From: Pristiophorus japonicus
Lineage: Eukaryota
Reading direction: 5' to 3'
DNA length: 64,000 nucleotides
NCBI RefSeq assembly: GCF_044704955.1
Contig: NC_091984.1
Location: 147,870,001-147,934,000 of the forward strand
The position numbers and the translations under genes are program-made. A model generated the notes under the pieces. It was not told where the DNA came from, did no database searches, and worked only from the letters and a program-made list of their open reading frames with translations. Shown here in pieces: positions 63,371-64,000 of the stretch (positions are counted from its first letter, which is position 1; every line of letters starts with the position of its first letter).

Positions 63371-63647
63371 AGACTGAGGAAACAGGTTTCTAAAGCCCCT
63401 GAAACTCGTTATTTTATAATGATCCCCGAGGAAGGCCTGTGTCAGCAACACAAACATCTCACTTGCAGACAGAGCCCGTTGTTCAAGGGGCCCAAAGAGG
63501 TGAGCCCTGTGTGACGGGGACTTTCATTCTCCAGCAATTCCGTGGCCCCAGGGTTACCGTCTGATGGGGCGGGAAGGGCAGCTGGGAGATTTGTCCCAAA
63601 CACGTCGGATCCCCAACTCTCCCGGGCACTGCCACAGGCAACTCGGA

Positions 63648-63970
63648 CACAGAGAGAGAGGGAGGGAGGGAGAGTGTGAGTGAAGGAGTGAGAGAAAGAG
63701 AGTGAGAGGGAGAGAAAGAGAGTGAGAGGGAGGGAAAGAGAGACTGAGGGAGAGAGAGAGATCGAGGGAGTAAGTGAGAGAGGGAGTGAGTGAGGGGAAG
63801 ATGCAGAGAGAGAGTGAAGGAGAAAGGGTGAGAGAGAGAGAGAGAGAAAAAATGAAGGAGAGTGAGAGAGAAACCAAGAGAGCAACAGATAGAGTGAGAC
63901 ACTGAGAAAGAGACAGAGGGAGACACACACACACACACCCACACAGACAGAGAGAGGGGGAGAGAGACTG
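63648..63970. repeat. GA/CA-rich simple repeat
   Basis: Low-complexity (GA)n tract. Confidence 0.9.
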
Positions 63971-64000
63971 AATGAGCCAGGGACGGAGGATATTGTACAG

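Noticed and set aside
63585-63612. J-like DVFGT on the minus strand
   Set aside because: Lacks FGxGT, an RSS and a splice donor, and is in the wrong orientation for the V.

Overview
Vertebrate genomic DNA, almost certainly from a shark, within an immunoglobulin kappa (shark type III / NS4-like) light-chain cluster region. Host genes are an intact C-kappa exon on the minus strand (38646-38974) and an intact, unrearranged leader+V-kappa gene with a 12-bp RSS on the plus strand (61845-62410). I found no J segment by eye. Two inverted-duplication pairs (1-15880 vs 32807-35383; 44755-45202 vs 54872-55320) suggest clusters arranged tail-to-tail and head-to-head. The second pair holds a 141-bp core that is identical in both copies and carries PU.1/IRF, E-box, Runx and kB-like motifs. 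Most of the rest is nested transposable elements: CR1, L2, RTE and Tx1 LINEs, tRNA SINEs, two nested Gypsy elements, a spuma/loki-like endogenous retrovirus whose env-like gene has an Ig-like domain, the remnant of a related retrovirus, and a Harbinger transposon. The most unusual item sits inside the Harbinger transposase: three head-to-tail, poly(A)-tailed ~360-nt elements built as a U2-U1-U2-U2 snRNA mosaic. They look like a SINEU-like family inserted serially at a self-regenerating target site. Repeat-family calls come from motif recognition only; LINE and SINE boundaries are approximate.
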